This document shows, in pieces, positions 13,454 to 27,343 of a stretch of DNA of 64,000 bases. The stretch is taken from positions 50,154,364 to 50,218,363 of the forward strand of contig NC_068998.1 in the NCBI RefSeq assembly GCF_001194135.2. Reading direction: 5' to 3'. The notes under the pieces were generated by a model, which was given only the letters and a program-made list of their open reading frames with translations, searched no databases and had not been told where the DNA came from. This DNA comes from Octopus bimaculoides. Taxonomy: Eukaryota. The translations under genes were made by a program, and so were the position numbers. The number at the start of each line of letters is the position of its first letter. Position 1 is the first letter of the stretch.

Positions 13454-16400
13454 ATGAATCTCTCTATATTTATTTTTATCCTCTTCTTTGGTAAGTTGTT
13501 CTTTCGTGATTTTTCCGTTACAAATTAATTATCTCTATAACTTCACCATATATCTCTATGTAGCATTCGATCCACATAGTTCTATATTTATTTGATGATG
13601 TATCGAAGGCCCTATATATGTTTCTACCGAATAACGAATAACGCCTTTATTCAAGTCTTGTCACAATGCCAGCAATATCGTGGAGCGGTAGAGATCAATT
13701 ACATCGATCTTAGTTTTCAAAGGCACATAGCTTATTGACCACGAAATAATGAAACGTAAAGTCGCACTCAGCGGCATTTGAACGCAAGACGTTAAGACGG
13801 ACGGTATAGGGCTAAGCATATTCCTCGACGAGTTAACGATTCTACCAGCTCACCATCTTACGTCATTCATATATCAATGGTCTTTTCCCAGCATTTATAT
13901 ACTTAAAATTTTAGCACTGCCCATCGCATTCATTAGTTACAGGTATATAACTATATAAGTGAGATTTGGATAAATTTGACACTTTCCATAAACATAACAT
14001 AAAATAAAATTTCATCCAACAAAAAGGAAAAATATACTTGTTTGGTGTCAGCACAGATCATCCGGAAGCGAGATGGTCTATCGTTTCATCAAACGTGTTA
14101 CAGTATCTGCATTTTTGATCAGAACGGTTTATATATATAGTTGGAATTTAAAAAAAAACAAAAAACAAAAACAAAAGAAAAGACGAAGACGGGTGTGTAA
14201 ACAACAAATAGATGTATTAGTTTAACGCACGCGAAGTGAGACAGTCTTTTACGTTTCGAGCCTACGCTCTTCAACAGAAAAGAACACAGAAATATACAGG
14301 GAGGGAAAATTAAAAAAAAAAAAGGTTTAGTTGCTAGCGATCAATCATGGCGAAATATATGTAAGCAAGTTAGTGGTTACTAGGAGATTAGTTAAATTTT
14401 CTCTTCAAGAAAAGTACTAAGCAAAGGGAAAGGATCTGGGGTAGTTATGGAAGAGTCCAAGCAGTGTATTGTAGCTATAGCAACTATGCTTTCCAAATAT
14501 CAGAAAAGAAGTACTAAGAATGAAGAGAATATATTTTTAGAGACAGACCAGGGGTGATATAATGAGAATACATTCCATGAAGAAGCCAAGAAATAATATA
14601 AACTTTCCTACAGATGCAGAATTGTCTTTGTAAAATGTTCGATATTATAAAAAAAAAATGCATTATAGGATCTAATTCAAAACGTACTTTGAATAAATTA
14701 TTTGATATCGTAAATCGTTCAAGCAATAATAATAAACATAAATTTTATAGGAGTATCTTTCTCAAGACGCTGCGACGAACTGGCAAAACGACATTGCGCA
14801 GTGAAATACGAGGCATATCGACGTTATGACCCCGACTGTACGTATGTATCATCGTATTTCCACGTTTAGATTTACAAACTGTAGATTGTTCCTGTAACTA
14901 TGTATGTATATNNNNNNNNNNNNNNNNNNNNNNNNNNNNNNNNNNNNNNNNNNNNNNNNNNNNNNNNNNNNNNNNNNNNNNNNNNNNNNNNNNNNNNNNN
15001 NNNNNNNNNNNNNNNNNNNNNNNNNNNNNNNNNNNNNNNNNNNNNNNNNNNNNNNNNNNNNNNNNNNNNNNNNNNNNNNNNNNNNNNNNNNNNNNNNNNN
15101 NNNNNNNNNNNNNNNNNNNNNNNNNNNNNNNNNNNNNNNNNNNNNNNNNNNNNNNNNNNNNNNNNNNNNNNNNNNNNNNNNNNNNNNNNNNNNNNNNNNN
15201 NNNNNNNNNNNNNNNNNNNNNNNNNNNNNNNNNNNNNNNNNNNNNNNNNNNNNNNNNNNNNNNNNNNNNNNNNNNNNNNNNNNNNNNNNNNNNNNNNNNN
15301 NNNNNNNNNNNNNNNNNNNNNNNNNNNNNNNNNNNNNNNNNNNNNNNNNNNNNNNNNNNNNNNNNNNTATATATATATATATATATATATATATCCTTTG
15401 TTATATATATGTATATCCCGTGTTATAAACAAGCTGAAACCACTTTTCATGCGTAGCGTCCAATACTATATGAACTCATCACGAAGCGTGAGTTATTTTC
15501 CGTCATTTAAAGATTTTATGCATTCGAAGAACAGATATTCCTTATTAGTAACATCGTTTTAGTTCACAAATTAGGGCGTATATCAAGTACAAGACAATAT
15601 ATCGCGAAATTACTTACTCCATATTTAAATAACCGTCAAAATGATTATGATGAGAGTTTCGTTAACGCATACTTTAATGTCCAACACAGTTTATGTATTT
15701 TATAACTGTTATTAACATGAAAGGTTAATTCACTCTATTCGTTCGCCTTAAAGGCATACAATCATTAATTAAGCTTTTTGTTGAAGGCAAAAAGTCTATA
15801 ATTTGTGTGAGTGTGGTCTCCCAGTACAAAGACTCCAGTGCTCAACTGTATTTCTTTTATCGTCTCGAAAAAGAATAAACAAAGCGTCGACCTCAGCACC
15901 ATATGAACTTAGAACGTAAACACGGATAGAATCGCGATAAGCATTTTGTCTATATTTTTACTAAAACTCTTCTCCTAAAAACATTTTGGACCAATATTCG
16001 ATGTATAATATTTGAAGTGTAATAATGTTAATAGTAAATATAAGTTTGGCACATCGTCGTTATGCAACCAAGACTTAAGTAGGCTCAATAACGCAAGAAA
16101 ATCATATCATTAATGCAGGAAATTTAGAAGTTTTTTATTTTAAATAACAGTGTCATGTTTCTTCGTTTTTCCAGAGGTTATAAAAAGTTTCTGGCATGCT
16201 TTCATGGACAAGATGGGAAATGTTATGGATTCTTTAAATACCAGCCTAACTGTATGGTAAGGGATGTGTTTTTATTTTCACTCTAATGATGTACATTTAT
16301 GACAGTGAATAATATAATACATTGCATTGTATATGCATCATTCATCGATTACACTTAGAATAGAAAACCACTTCTGACAAGCGATAAAACTAATGTTAAA

Positions 16401-18171
16401 AATCTACAACTCAGTTGTACTAAATTATACAATACATAATATTCCCATTATAATTGCCATTTAGGCAATATTCGATACGAAGTCTGGCCAACCGTAATGA
16501 TGCCAGAGGAACAACTTTGTGTATTTCATATTTTGGAAGAACAAATGAGGAAGCATGTTAATAGTTTGTTTTCAGTAGGGAATGTAGTAAAATAAACATT
16601 TGTTAAAGCAATCTCAATAATGGCGGTAAACATTCACTTCACATCAAATACAAACGCCAATGTTTGAGTCCTTCATAATTTACAAAACGTTTTACGATTA
16701 TTTTGATAAGATGTTGGAATGATTTGCGTGGTATATGTCTAAAACACATCACGAATGTGAATAATAACGAAGAAGATGAATTGTGTCGCCTAAATCTTTT
16801 CGGGAGAAGTGTTTTAATGAATATATATCAAAATATTTCTCTCACCAGTTTTGCAATCGATGTAAACTAAATTTTAATTAGGATACTAAATGAATGAGTT
16901 TTGTCTGTCCAAGTGATCCTTATTAATTAATGTATCAGTGTCCAATAAATCGATAAAAATACGAGAAACAATCTGTATCATTTTGATTGTGTCTTTATAT
17001 TTGAAATGACTTTAAATACGAACATTGTGCCGCTATTCAATTTACTATATATTCTCTCTCAAATTTCAGCACAGGAATACCTCAAATAAGAAAGTAATGG
17101 TATGTGATTGTGATTTCCCCGTAAATATTACAAATATATGATAATCTTACTACAATAACCTCGGTATTCATTCCATTTAACTACAGCATGTACCAGATAC
17201 GCCGGTGTGTAAAACACATAATTTGTTTAAACATAAACTAAAAAAATTACCAGTAAGGAGTGAGTCCATAATATGAATATAGGACCGAATATTGCTCACG
17301 CAATCGCGCTTAGTCGTCCTCACCATGGGTTACTTAAATAACTTCCATGTTTGCCACCTCTGACCATCACGAAAGAGTAGGACATATACATGGTTACAAG
17401 ATCAACTCCATTTGTTTAAGCTTTTTTTTTATTGTATTTTAAGAATTAAATCTAAATTGTAAATTCCTAATATCATTTTACGTAGAAGATCCATTTCCTG
17501 AAGTTTTATCAGACATTTCTTTATGGTTATTTAACCGTCCAAAAACATTGACTGTTTGCAGAGCTCAATATGATGTAATTGCTATATACCCATTACTAAT
17601 TGCAGTGTTATTATGATACCATTTCAAATCAGTTTAAACACCAATCCAATGAGAAATTCCATATTACATTTGTATTAACATTTATAGTTATTTATGAATA
17701 TACCAAAACATGAGAGACAATTTCTTTTGTCTAGAAAATACACGAGTAATCTCACAATAGCGGAAGCTTCTCACATGAATATCGTGAAATTCTCTTCAAT
17801 TTGGAATCACTCCAGCAGCCTAACTGAGACAGCGAGAAGTGAAGTTGGCTTCGTCATGGACAGTTTTCATCTGTCATTTCTTTATGAACAAAACCTATCA
17901 CGGATGTTCTCTGTAGTCATTGTTATCTCTCTGATGACTGTACTACATTGTGTTTGAATCCAATGATGTTTTACGACAAGATCGATCGCGATATAAAGTA
18001 AAGTAACTGTAGCTAGTATTCAATGCTAAATAATATATTATAACATGTTTGCATATATATCATATCAATTTACTTTCATTAATTATATATTGTTTTCTAT
18101 TCTATTGCCAGGTGACATTTCACCAAGTATTCCTTACAGTTCTTGGCGTTACATTATTAATAAAATACTGA
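13454..18171 (+). CDS. Gene C: secreted 6-Cys, putatively GPI-anchored protein, 99 aa, basic
   Basis: Exons 13454-13490, 14751-14841, 16175-16256, 17070-17099, 18112-18171 (300 nt). Translation: MNLSIFIFILFFGVSFSRRCDELAKRHCAVKYEAYRRYDPDCTGYKKFLACFHGQDGKCYGFFKYQPNCMHRNTSNKKVMVTFHQVFLTVLGVTLLIKY*. Confidence 0.9.
13660..13860 (-). mobile_element. Degenerate tRNA-derived SINE in gene C intron 1
   Basis: Similar to the 24565-24720 copy (aaagtcgcactcagcggcatttgaacgcaagacg...gattctaccagctcacc). Confidence 0.5.
15790..15950 (-). mobile_element. Degenerate tRNA-derived SINE in gene C intron 2
   Basis: ccccagt...ctcaactg...aaagcgtcgacctcagcaccatatgaacttagaacgtaaa matches the same SINE family. Confidence 0.45.
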
Positions 18172-18875
18172 ATAAACAACGTGCTGAAATAATTACCTGC
18201 TTGTGTTCGGCTGTAATTCTGATTGACGTCCAGGTCCATACGTCGGAAATCTACCTTGATAATGAGAAGGATTATGGGAAAGAGTATATATGTCTCACGC
18301 ATTTATGAAATTTGAAAGTCCAGCATCATCAGATTATGCTTTTGAAGACAATCGTTTGTTTAAGTGTATTTCAGTATATTTATATATACACACTAACAAC
18401 GCGCACGAATATATACAGGTGAATTTCCGAAAGAATTATTTCTACCTTTCAGGAAATTACTCACGTAATAAAATGTTCAGTTAATTAGCAACAGATTTTC
18501 TTATTCTTGCGAATCTATAAAGAATGAAATTATATCACGCAAGTTCTGCGTCTTTAAACGAAGTGAACGATGATTTTCTACTTTTAAGTGATTCCGAATC
18601 ATTTATGTTGAATTCAAATATGGTTTTAGTATTTGCGTATCGCGTACAGATTTTACACAAATGGTTGCCAAAGGTTTGATGAGGTTTCTTGTCATTCATT
18701 CCCCCTCTGCGGCAGTGTTTTAGATAAAAGTATGAAGAAATTAAGAGCAAATGACTAGAACACTAATAAAAACAAAACGCTATGAATATTCTATGTAAGC
18801 TTACATATTGAATAAATATATATCTTTTATGCCCTTTCTGTGGGTTTAAATTTATTGTACTACTTTTCAAACTTC

Positions 18876-18979
18876 CTTATTTTTTATTTCCTTCCAGCTT
18901 TGAGAGTTGCATACAGTCTCTCTTCAGGGTCCGACAGTAATCCATTGTAATATTTACATTCAAATCCACTGGTACCTCT

Positions 18980-19011
<32 letters not shown>

Positions 19012-19440
19012 NNNNNNNNNNNNNNNNNNNNNNNNNNNNNNNNNNNNNNNNNNNNNNNNNNNNNNNNNNNNNNNNNNNNNNNNNNNNNNNNNNNNNNNNN
19101 NNNNNNNNNNNNNNNNNNNNNNNNNNNNNNNNNNNNNNNNNNNNNNNNNNNNNNNNNNNNNNNNNNNNNNNNNNNNNNNNNNNNNNNNNNNNNNNNNNNN
19201 NNNNNNNNNNNNNNNNNNNNNNNNNNNNNNNNNNNNNNNNNNNNNNNNNNNNNNNNNNNNNNNNTATATATATATATATATATATATATTGTATATCCTG
19301 GTGAAATCTTTCAGCTTGCACTTCACATACATAGACCATGTTCTCCGAGAAATATTCGAGGTGCGAGTGACGAAAGTGCATTTTAACATTAAAGGTACAC
19401 CCAAGCTTTTTAAACTTTTGCAACATTGTATCAACTATGA
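18876..19440 (-). mobile_element. Chapaev3-like transposase C-terminal fragment, interrupted by (TA)n and a gap
   Basis: Minus-strand reading KMHFRHSHLEYFSEN...EVQAERFHQDI and DYCRTLKRD. Confidence 0.65.
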
Positions 19441-20315
19441 CTTTGCAATTTAAACACGTATCACCAACGGCTAACCTCGGGAACTACTAAAACAAAACTA
19501 TACGATGAGTTAGCAATCATGTACACAGCTTTTGAAAGTCATCTTGTCTGTCAGAGTTGCCAACGCGTATCTGATAAACAATTTTACCTGAATTTGGCTG
19601 CTATTTTACCTTAATATTAGAAAAATATAATAGTTTATACCGAACTATTTCGTTACAAAAAATAAATCAGATAATCACTAGCTATATCAATGAAGCAAAT
19701 ATATCAAATGATTAGGAAAACCGTTGATTCTGTCGGTAAACAACAAGAGCAAACTAGTGACAGATTGCGACCCAGGCCCTGTCAGGCTAAGTACCTGGAG
19801 ATTTAGCATTTACAGGATCTGTCTATACAAGACTTAACATTATACTGTAAGTCTCATCTGACTTCGATTCCAGATCTAAAAACAGTAATAATTGCATAGC
19901 CTATGTCTGGACTTAAACCTAAAACTGGAAAATAGAAATGAGTAAAGGAATGAAATATTACATGCGTGTATTTATGTGTGGGTACGAGCGTTTAAGCATA
20001 CCAGCTGCGTTTCGAATCCGGTGGTACACACGTGTGATTATATCCTCTCCTCTAAATAACTGTCTTGAAGCAATTAACTTGCAAATGTCACTACTGAAAC
20101 TCTTCCCCTATATTAACGTTAGTTCCCTTTCTTCTACAGTGCAAGCAAATAAAATTCATATAAAATATACAATAATTCATATTATAGAATAAGCAGCTAA
20201 AAATGTCATAATTACTAGCTTGTCCGCAACATATGTTACATATTATTTGTATCAAATAAGACAACCAGGTGACTTCTATATCAGAAACCATCAATATTGA
20301 AGAGACAAAACCAAG

Positions 20316-20617
20316 ATGAAGCTCTCTGCTTTTATTTTTGTATTGTTCATTGGTAAGTAGTTTCTTCGTGATTCTTCCATTACAAATTAATATCTCTGTG
20401 CCTTTCAATATATTTCTCTGTGTGGCATTCGATCCGCGTAACAACCAAGTCTTATCTTCATTTAATGATGTATTTAAGTACCTATATATTTTTCCACCCT
20501 ACAAATAATCTACAGTCATTTCGTACCAAGGAGAATTGTCCATGCTTTATCAAAACAGTGATCATTCAGCACGCATGACACATATGTTTTTAACTGCTTT
20601 TCTCCCTCTCTCTATGC

Positions 20618-20687
<70 letters not shown>

Positions 20688-21509
20688 ACACATACACACA
20701 CACACACACACACAACACACACATACATATCCAAGCAGGGTAGTAGTTACTTGAAGATTAATTATTACTTCCATGAAAGATAGAAAAGAGCAAATGAGTA
20801 GGAATTTACAGAATAAGGTGAAAACTTCAAGGCAAGATGCGAGTAGCTTAGAAACATGCAAGCACAAGTCAGAAAGCAATAGTTAAATCTTCTCTTGAAC
20901 ATAATTACCTAGGCAAAGAGAAAAGGATTTGGGATTATTATGGAAGAGTTGAAACATCGTATGATAGCAATAGCAAGTAAGCTTTTCAAACATCAGAATT
21001 GAAGAGCTAAGTATCATGGGAACAAATTGCTCTAAACAGGTCAAGGGGATATAAGAACATATTTCATTAAAAAACCAAGTTTTAATATTTCCAAAACGCC
21101 AAGCTGTAGAATTTTGCAACAGATGTAGGTTTGACTTTCTAAAACATTCCATAGTACAAGAAAATATTGCATTATATTATCTAGTTCAAAATGCAATTTT
21201 AATAAATTATTTAATATCGTAAATCGGACAAGCAATAATGACAAAAATATTTATTTTACAGAGGTAGCTAACTCAGCATCGTGCGAAAATCTGGCAACAA
21301 AATATTGTTCATCGACATATGAGTATTATTTATCATATGACCCCAACTGTACGTACGTATCATCATATTTCTACCTCTAGATTTGCAAATACAACATCCA
21401 AACCTGTAACTATGTATATATACATACATATATATATGTGTATCAAAAATAACGGAGGAAACTGGTAAACATTTGGAGTAATCCGTCTCTATTTATACAC
21501 ACACACACA

Positions 21510-21608
<99 letters not shown>

Positions 21609-23317
21609 ACATATATTCGATACAAAGGTTAACAGGGGCAGTATTTAATACAAATTCGATACATCGTTTTTTTTCAACCTGAACAAAAGCCTGTCTCAAT
21701 AACGCAAGAAAATTATATTAATATGGTAGGAAATTTAGACTTTGATTTAAATAAAAGTGCCTCATTTCTTTCAGGGGTTACAGAGACTTTCTGGACTGCT
21801 TTCGTGGACAAGATAAAGAATGTTATGAAGACTTTAAATACATGCCTAAGTGTATGGTAAGGAATGTATTTTTAATATCGGTTTAATGACATAAGTTTAC
21901 GTCAATAAATAACAAAATAAATTATATTTCTTATACATCATTCTTCTATTACATTTTGAATAGATATTACTTCTGTCAAGCGATAATTCTAATGTTAACA
22001 ATCTATCCATTTCAATTTTAATTAGAATATGAAAAATATTAGGTCTTTCAGTCTAAGTGTTCCTTTTTATTTAATGTATCAGTTTCCAACAAATAAATAA
22101 AGACACGAGGAAACTATCTGAATGAGTTTGCTTTTATCTTTATATTATGTGAACGATAGAATTTGATTAAATGAATATATCCCAGTGACAACTACGGCAG
22201 AAACCCCAACTCTCATTCATCGTTTTATCAATAACTAATCACACATAGAATATTACTGGAAGTTCTATAACTATCGCAGTTTGTTGAAAAATAGAACTAG
22301 ATAATTCCATTCAAATAATTTAAATGCGAACTGTTTTCGACATTCATTTCACTATATATTCTGTCTCAAATATTTCAGCACAACGATGGCTCAAATAAGA
22401 AAGTGAAGGTATGTGAATTCCCAGTAAATACTACACTAATATGATAATTTTATTCCAATATCCTCCATATTATTTCCATTTTACTACAGCATTTACCAGG
22501 TACACTGGTGTGTAAAATGCATATAATTTCTTTAGATGTGAACTACAAAAGTGAACTGTAAGACGTGAGACCATAACATGAAGATAAAGACCGAATACAG
22601 CTCGCACGTTACCCGTATAAGTTTTAACGGTAAGGAACTTCAAAAAAGCTGCAATATGGCATTGTCACTAACGACCAACCCAAGCTATGTCAGCAGTTAT
22701 ATGGAGAAATTACATGATCTCTTTATACTTTCTTCTCTAACATATGGAAACTACATATGACGTCATATTATTCTTTACACAAATGAAACCATCTCTCAAA
22801 AGTGGAAGATGAAAAAGACGTTAAACTATAATTTAGAGCGTATTTGCAGTGAGTAGATAACAAGAAAGGCATTGTTTTGAAACTCTTACCTATTTGCTGC
22901 TCGATAACCTCGAATTTTACATCCGTGCATGTCAGTTATGTTAAGTAAAATATAGACAATTACGCAGTTGATAAGAAAATGATAAAACTGCGACATGGTG
23001 CCCGTATAACTTATGGTTCCATATATATTTCTAGTATATAATCACATATGAAAACAATCTACCACGGACTGCTCTCTGTTGCCATTGTTATCTTTTTCAT
23101 TGCTGTAATACATTATATGTTTGTGAAACCAATGTTTTTTCAACAAAAACTGTCGCCATAATTATGTATTCAATTCTAAACAACATATAATAAAATGTTT
23201 GCAAAATCACATCAAATTACTTTCATTAATTATATATTTGTTTTGTTCTATTTGCAGGTAACATTTCAACAAGTATTTCTTACAGCACTTGGGGTTATTT
23301 TATTAATAAAATACTGA
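20316..23317 (+). CDS. Gene D: secreted 6-Cys, putatively GPI-anchored protein, 99 aa, acidic
   Basis: Exons 20316-20352, 21262-21352, 21775-21856, 22379-22408, 23258-23317. Translation: MKLSAFIFVLFIEVANSASCENLATKYCSSTYEYYLSYDPNCTGYRDFLDCFRGQDKECYEDFKYMPKCMHNDGSNKKVKVTFQQVFLTALGVILLIKY*. Confidence 0.9.
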
Positions 23318-24009
23318 ATATGAAATAATCATTTGCCTGTGTTCGACTGTAATTTTGACTGAACCCCAGGCGTATACGTCGGAAATCTACCTTGATAATG
23401 GGAGGGATTATGGGAAAGAGTATACATGTTTCACATATTTATGAAATTTCAAAACCCAGCATCATCAGAATAAGCTTTTAGATACAATCGTTTGTGTGAG
23501 TGTATAAGGGCATATTCATATATATACATTAACAATGCGCACGAACATATACAGGTGAATTTTCGAAAGAATTATTTCCACCCTCCGTGAAATATCTCAC
23601 GTTACAAATTTTAATTAATATGTAACAGCTTTTGTTATACTTCTTTTAAATCGCCAAAAAATTGAAATTATATTACGTGAGTCTGCATTTTTAAATGAAG
23701 TGAAATGATTCATATTCTCCTCTCCTGAATCATTTTAAATGTTGAGTTTAACTATGGTTTTAGTATTTGCCTATTGCATACATATTTTGCACAAATGGTT
23801 GCCAAAGGGATGATGATTTTTCTTGTCAGTCATCCCCTTTTGTGGCAAACCTTTAGATAATAGTATGAAGAAATCAAGCACAGGTGCCTGGAACAATAAT
23901 AAAAAACGATATAAAAAGTGTATATAGGCTTACATATTGAATAAGTATATATCTTTAATGCTCTTACTATGGATTTAAAATTATTTTACACCATATCAAA
24001 CTTCCTTGT

Positions 24010-24560
24010 CTTTAATTTTATCCAGCTCTAGCAATTACCTGTTGTCTCTCTTTAGGATCCGTCGGTAATCTGCTGTCGTGATTACATTTCACCTCCGCTG
24101 GTACCTCTTTAATGTCCTGTTGAAATCTCTCACCTTGCTCATCACTTAGTTTGCCAAGATTCACTGGGAAATAGACGAGTTTTGTGTGAGGAACACTCCT
24201 GTTGCACACAATCTTTTTGAAGTGTTGCAACATGGTATCAAGTATGACTTTGTAATTCAAATACGTATTGTTTCACAATACGTCTTCTTTCACAAAAAAA
24301 ATCTCGAAAATACACTCTAAGCGCACCCATGCTTGTTTGCGAGATCCATCTATGGACTTTGCATAATCTCTGTTTTTCATTAGTTTTCGAATGTCAGGAC
24401 CAACAAATATTCTTGCCTTAATTATCTCACTGGCTATATTTGGGGATTGTTTTGGGTGACTCTACAAACAGGGTCTATCTTCAGGCAAAAATCTAACCAA
24501 CAGTTTCATCAAACCCATTTTGATGTACAAAGGGGGTCAGGATTTTAGTAGGTTAAATTA
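24010..24560 (-). mobile_element. Chapaev3-like transposase C-terminal fragment
   Basis: ORF contains LVYFPVNLGKLSDEQGERFQQDIKE; it starts at the same junction after the 3' flank as the 18876 copy. Confidence 0.65.
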
Positions 24561-24564
24561 AAAT

Positions 24565-24720
24565 TTGAATTGGCTGCTATTTTAAGTTAATATTTCGACC
24601 CCGAAAGGATGGAAGGCAACGTCGACCTCGGTGGAATTTGAACTCAGAACGAAAAGACAGACGAAATACCGCTAAACATTTTGCCCGGAGTGCTAACGTT
24701 TCTGCCAGCTCGCCGCCTCC
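24565..24720 (-). mobile_element. tRNA-derived SINE (Meta-domain-like core)
   Basis: cgaccccgaaaggatggaaggcaacgtcgacctcggtggaatttgaactcagaac...tttctgccagctcgccgcc; the reverse complement gives a tRNA-like head and a cttccatcctttcggggtcg core. Confidence 0.7.
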
Positions 24721-26006
24721 TTACTTGTAAATATATGACAAAATTGCCTGCTAGTAAAGATCCCGTGATGCACACAGAACAATGAATGTTGTCTGCTAGG
24801 GAGCCCGGAAAATAGTTGTAATAATAAAGTATTGAAAGTTAGCTGCAATATCACCTTGTGCTATCCGAAATTTAAGAGAAATTGCTCTTGCTCCCCCGGT
24901 AGTTAAGAACAGGTCACATCACATGATTATATCTCTTTCTCCAGCATATATAATCTACCCCTGGTATTTCTCTTACATTATTTAATGTTCGTATTATCTT
25001 CAAGCAGTATATTTTTGTTAACTCTCCTATTGAAAATTCTCTGCGAAAGCTGAAAAATATTTACACGATCATTTATCAGATATTCGCCATCGGAGGATAT
25101 ATATGGAGAGCTTCTGTGGGTTTCCTACTCTGGAACAACCTACATACGTATGAAACTAAATGTAGAATGAGACGTAATCCAAACACATAAATTCAAGGTG
25201 AATTTGAAAGCATTATAAGTCTAGGTCCCGCACGCCCACAAAAAGAGAAAGATATATTGAGATAAATACATGGAAGTTCCAAGGAGTTGCGCACTTGTGT
25301 CATAAGTTTGTTCTATAGCACTCACCAATTTCATTACCACTGCGTGGCGCCGAAGCTTCTATATTTGCCATGGAACTGTAAGACAATATATATTTAACAG
25401 CATATCGTTAAATGCAAAGTTCTTTTGATTTTCTTCCTGCAAAGATTATGATGTCGATGTAGGGTAGATATAATTGTATTTAAAAAAAAAAAAACAAGTG
25501 TAATCTATTTTCTGCAATTCTAGACAAAATATCACCACGGAATGAGGGAAATCTAATGGCAACACATTAAGCTGTAAGTTCATCAGCATCAATCACAATG
25601 AATAAAAGAGTACCAATAGCATAATTGATGTATGACTGCAATCCGAAGATTGAAATTATAAATTAATGAATGAAAGGACGAAAACATTTACATGTCGCAT
25701 TTCTACAAGGGAAATGAATGCGTTGAGAGTATATTCTTTGGTTTTGTTTATTGTCATATATCCTGCCAGTTACATGAGTTATTAGACAATCTTTTCCTCT
25801 ATGCTAACATTTCTCCCATTTCTTCTTCTAAAGGATGCAAAGATTTAGCTGAGAAATATCTCATAACTCATCATGTAGCATATGCAATTATAAATGTCAT
25901 ATTTATCATCCTTATGTCCGACATATGTTACATTATATTTTATGTCTGAAGAGAACAAGATGACTATTTAAACACACTTCACCGAATTTGAATACACAAG
26001 ACCAAG

Positions 26007-27343
26007 ATAGATCTTTCTGCATTGATTTTAGTTCCCGTATTTGGTTAGTAGTTACACATGGAAAACTTCCTGAAGTCAAACGGAGGCAGTGAATAAAGCC
26101 CATTTCAAGGTAACATTAAAAGAGTGAGGAGTAATTCAGGGAACTATCTTAGTGCAGCTGTTTTTCGTGGCCGCACTCCCGGACATGCTGTTTGTCTCAG
26201 AGAGACAGGCACTCTTACATGCCAGTGACACAATAGTAGCACCTGCAATCAAGAATCTTCTCAGTGTTATTCATCCACTGAAAGATGTAAAGGTCATAGG
26301 TAAAGGAGCTGGGTAAAACAACAGGCAATGTAATGCATGAATATTCCAAGGGTCCCACTATGCGTTGTAATATGGGTATGTGACAATAATCCCAGAACCA
26401 AGCGCAATGTTAGACGTGGAAACTGATATGTAGTTTCACGTGGAAACTACATACTCAATCTTTTATCAGCAGGTGATTAACATCTGTGTACCGTGAAGAA
26501 GTGGAGGCGCAACTGTTGCAGTAGTTAGGGCAGCGGACTCGTGGTCATAGGATCGCGGTTTCGATTCCTAGACCGGGCGTTGTCAGTGTTTATTGAGCGA
26601 AAACACCTAAAGCTCCACGAGGCTCCGGCAGGGGATGGTGGCGAACCCTGCTGTACTCTTTCTCCACAACTTTCTCTCGCTCTAACTTCTTGTTTCTGCC
26701 GTGCCTGTGATTCAAAGGGTCAGCCTTGTCACACTGTGTCACGCTGAATTTCCCCGAGAACTACGTTAAGGGTACACGTGTCTGTGGAGTGCTCAGCTAC
26801 TTGCACGTTAATTTCACGAGCAGGCTGTTCCGTTGGTCGGATCAAATGGAACCCTTTACGTCGTAAGCGACGGAGTGCCAACACCAACCGTGAAGAAGTA
26901 GGTGATATCATCGAAACTACTGTATTAAACATGTCTGTTCACTCCAATATGAATTATACTACTTCATTTTTGCTACTGAAAAAACAAAAAGTATATATAT
27001 AATAACCATTATTGCAGTAATGCTTTACATTACACTAATATTACAATTTAGAATTATCAAAATATATTTTAATATCTCCTTAATAGAATAGTACAATTGG
27101 AACATAACCGTGTACCAAGATATTACACTTTCAGAATATAAATTATATATTGCAGAATAATGTTGATGATACAGCAAAAAACAAGTATGGAAACAATCTT
27201 ATAAGAAAACAAGCCATTATTAAGTTCATCCTTAATCAATACAAAACTATATACACCCCAATTTATAAGTATGTAATTTTCTATTCCCATTACAGATGAA
27301 GCTTCGTACATTATTGTTTACAGCAGCTATTTTATATCAGTGA
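26007..27343 (+). pseudogene. Relic family member: dead exon 1 and truncated exon 5, exons 2-4 not found
   Basis: 26007-26043 is a 37-nt exon 1 homolog starting ATA instead of ATG (accaagATAGATCTTTCTGCATTG...TTTG|gttagt) with the conserved upstream E-box. 27296-27343 is an exon 5 homolog (MKLRTLLFTAAILYQ*, premature stop) followed by an A/B-like 3' flank. Confidence 0.6.
26503..26886 (+). mobile_element. Full-length tRNA-derived SINE with 13-bp target-site duplication
   Basis: B-box-like ggtttcgattcc near the 5' end; the direct repeat accgtgaagaagt lies at 26490-26502 and 26887-26899. Confidence 0.85.

Noticed and set aside
14870-14901. AG...GT-bounded 32-nt segment after exon 2 of C (33-nt counterpart at 21381 in D)
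   Set aside because: It would leave a 28-nt intron, the length and frame are not conserved between C and D, and exon 2 joins exon 3 in frame without it.
27156-27268. Possible exon 2 of the relic gene ending ...ccccaatttataa|gtatgt
   Set aside because: It has no cysteines, only weak similarity to exon 2, and would leave a 27-nt intron before the exon 5 homolog.
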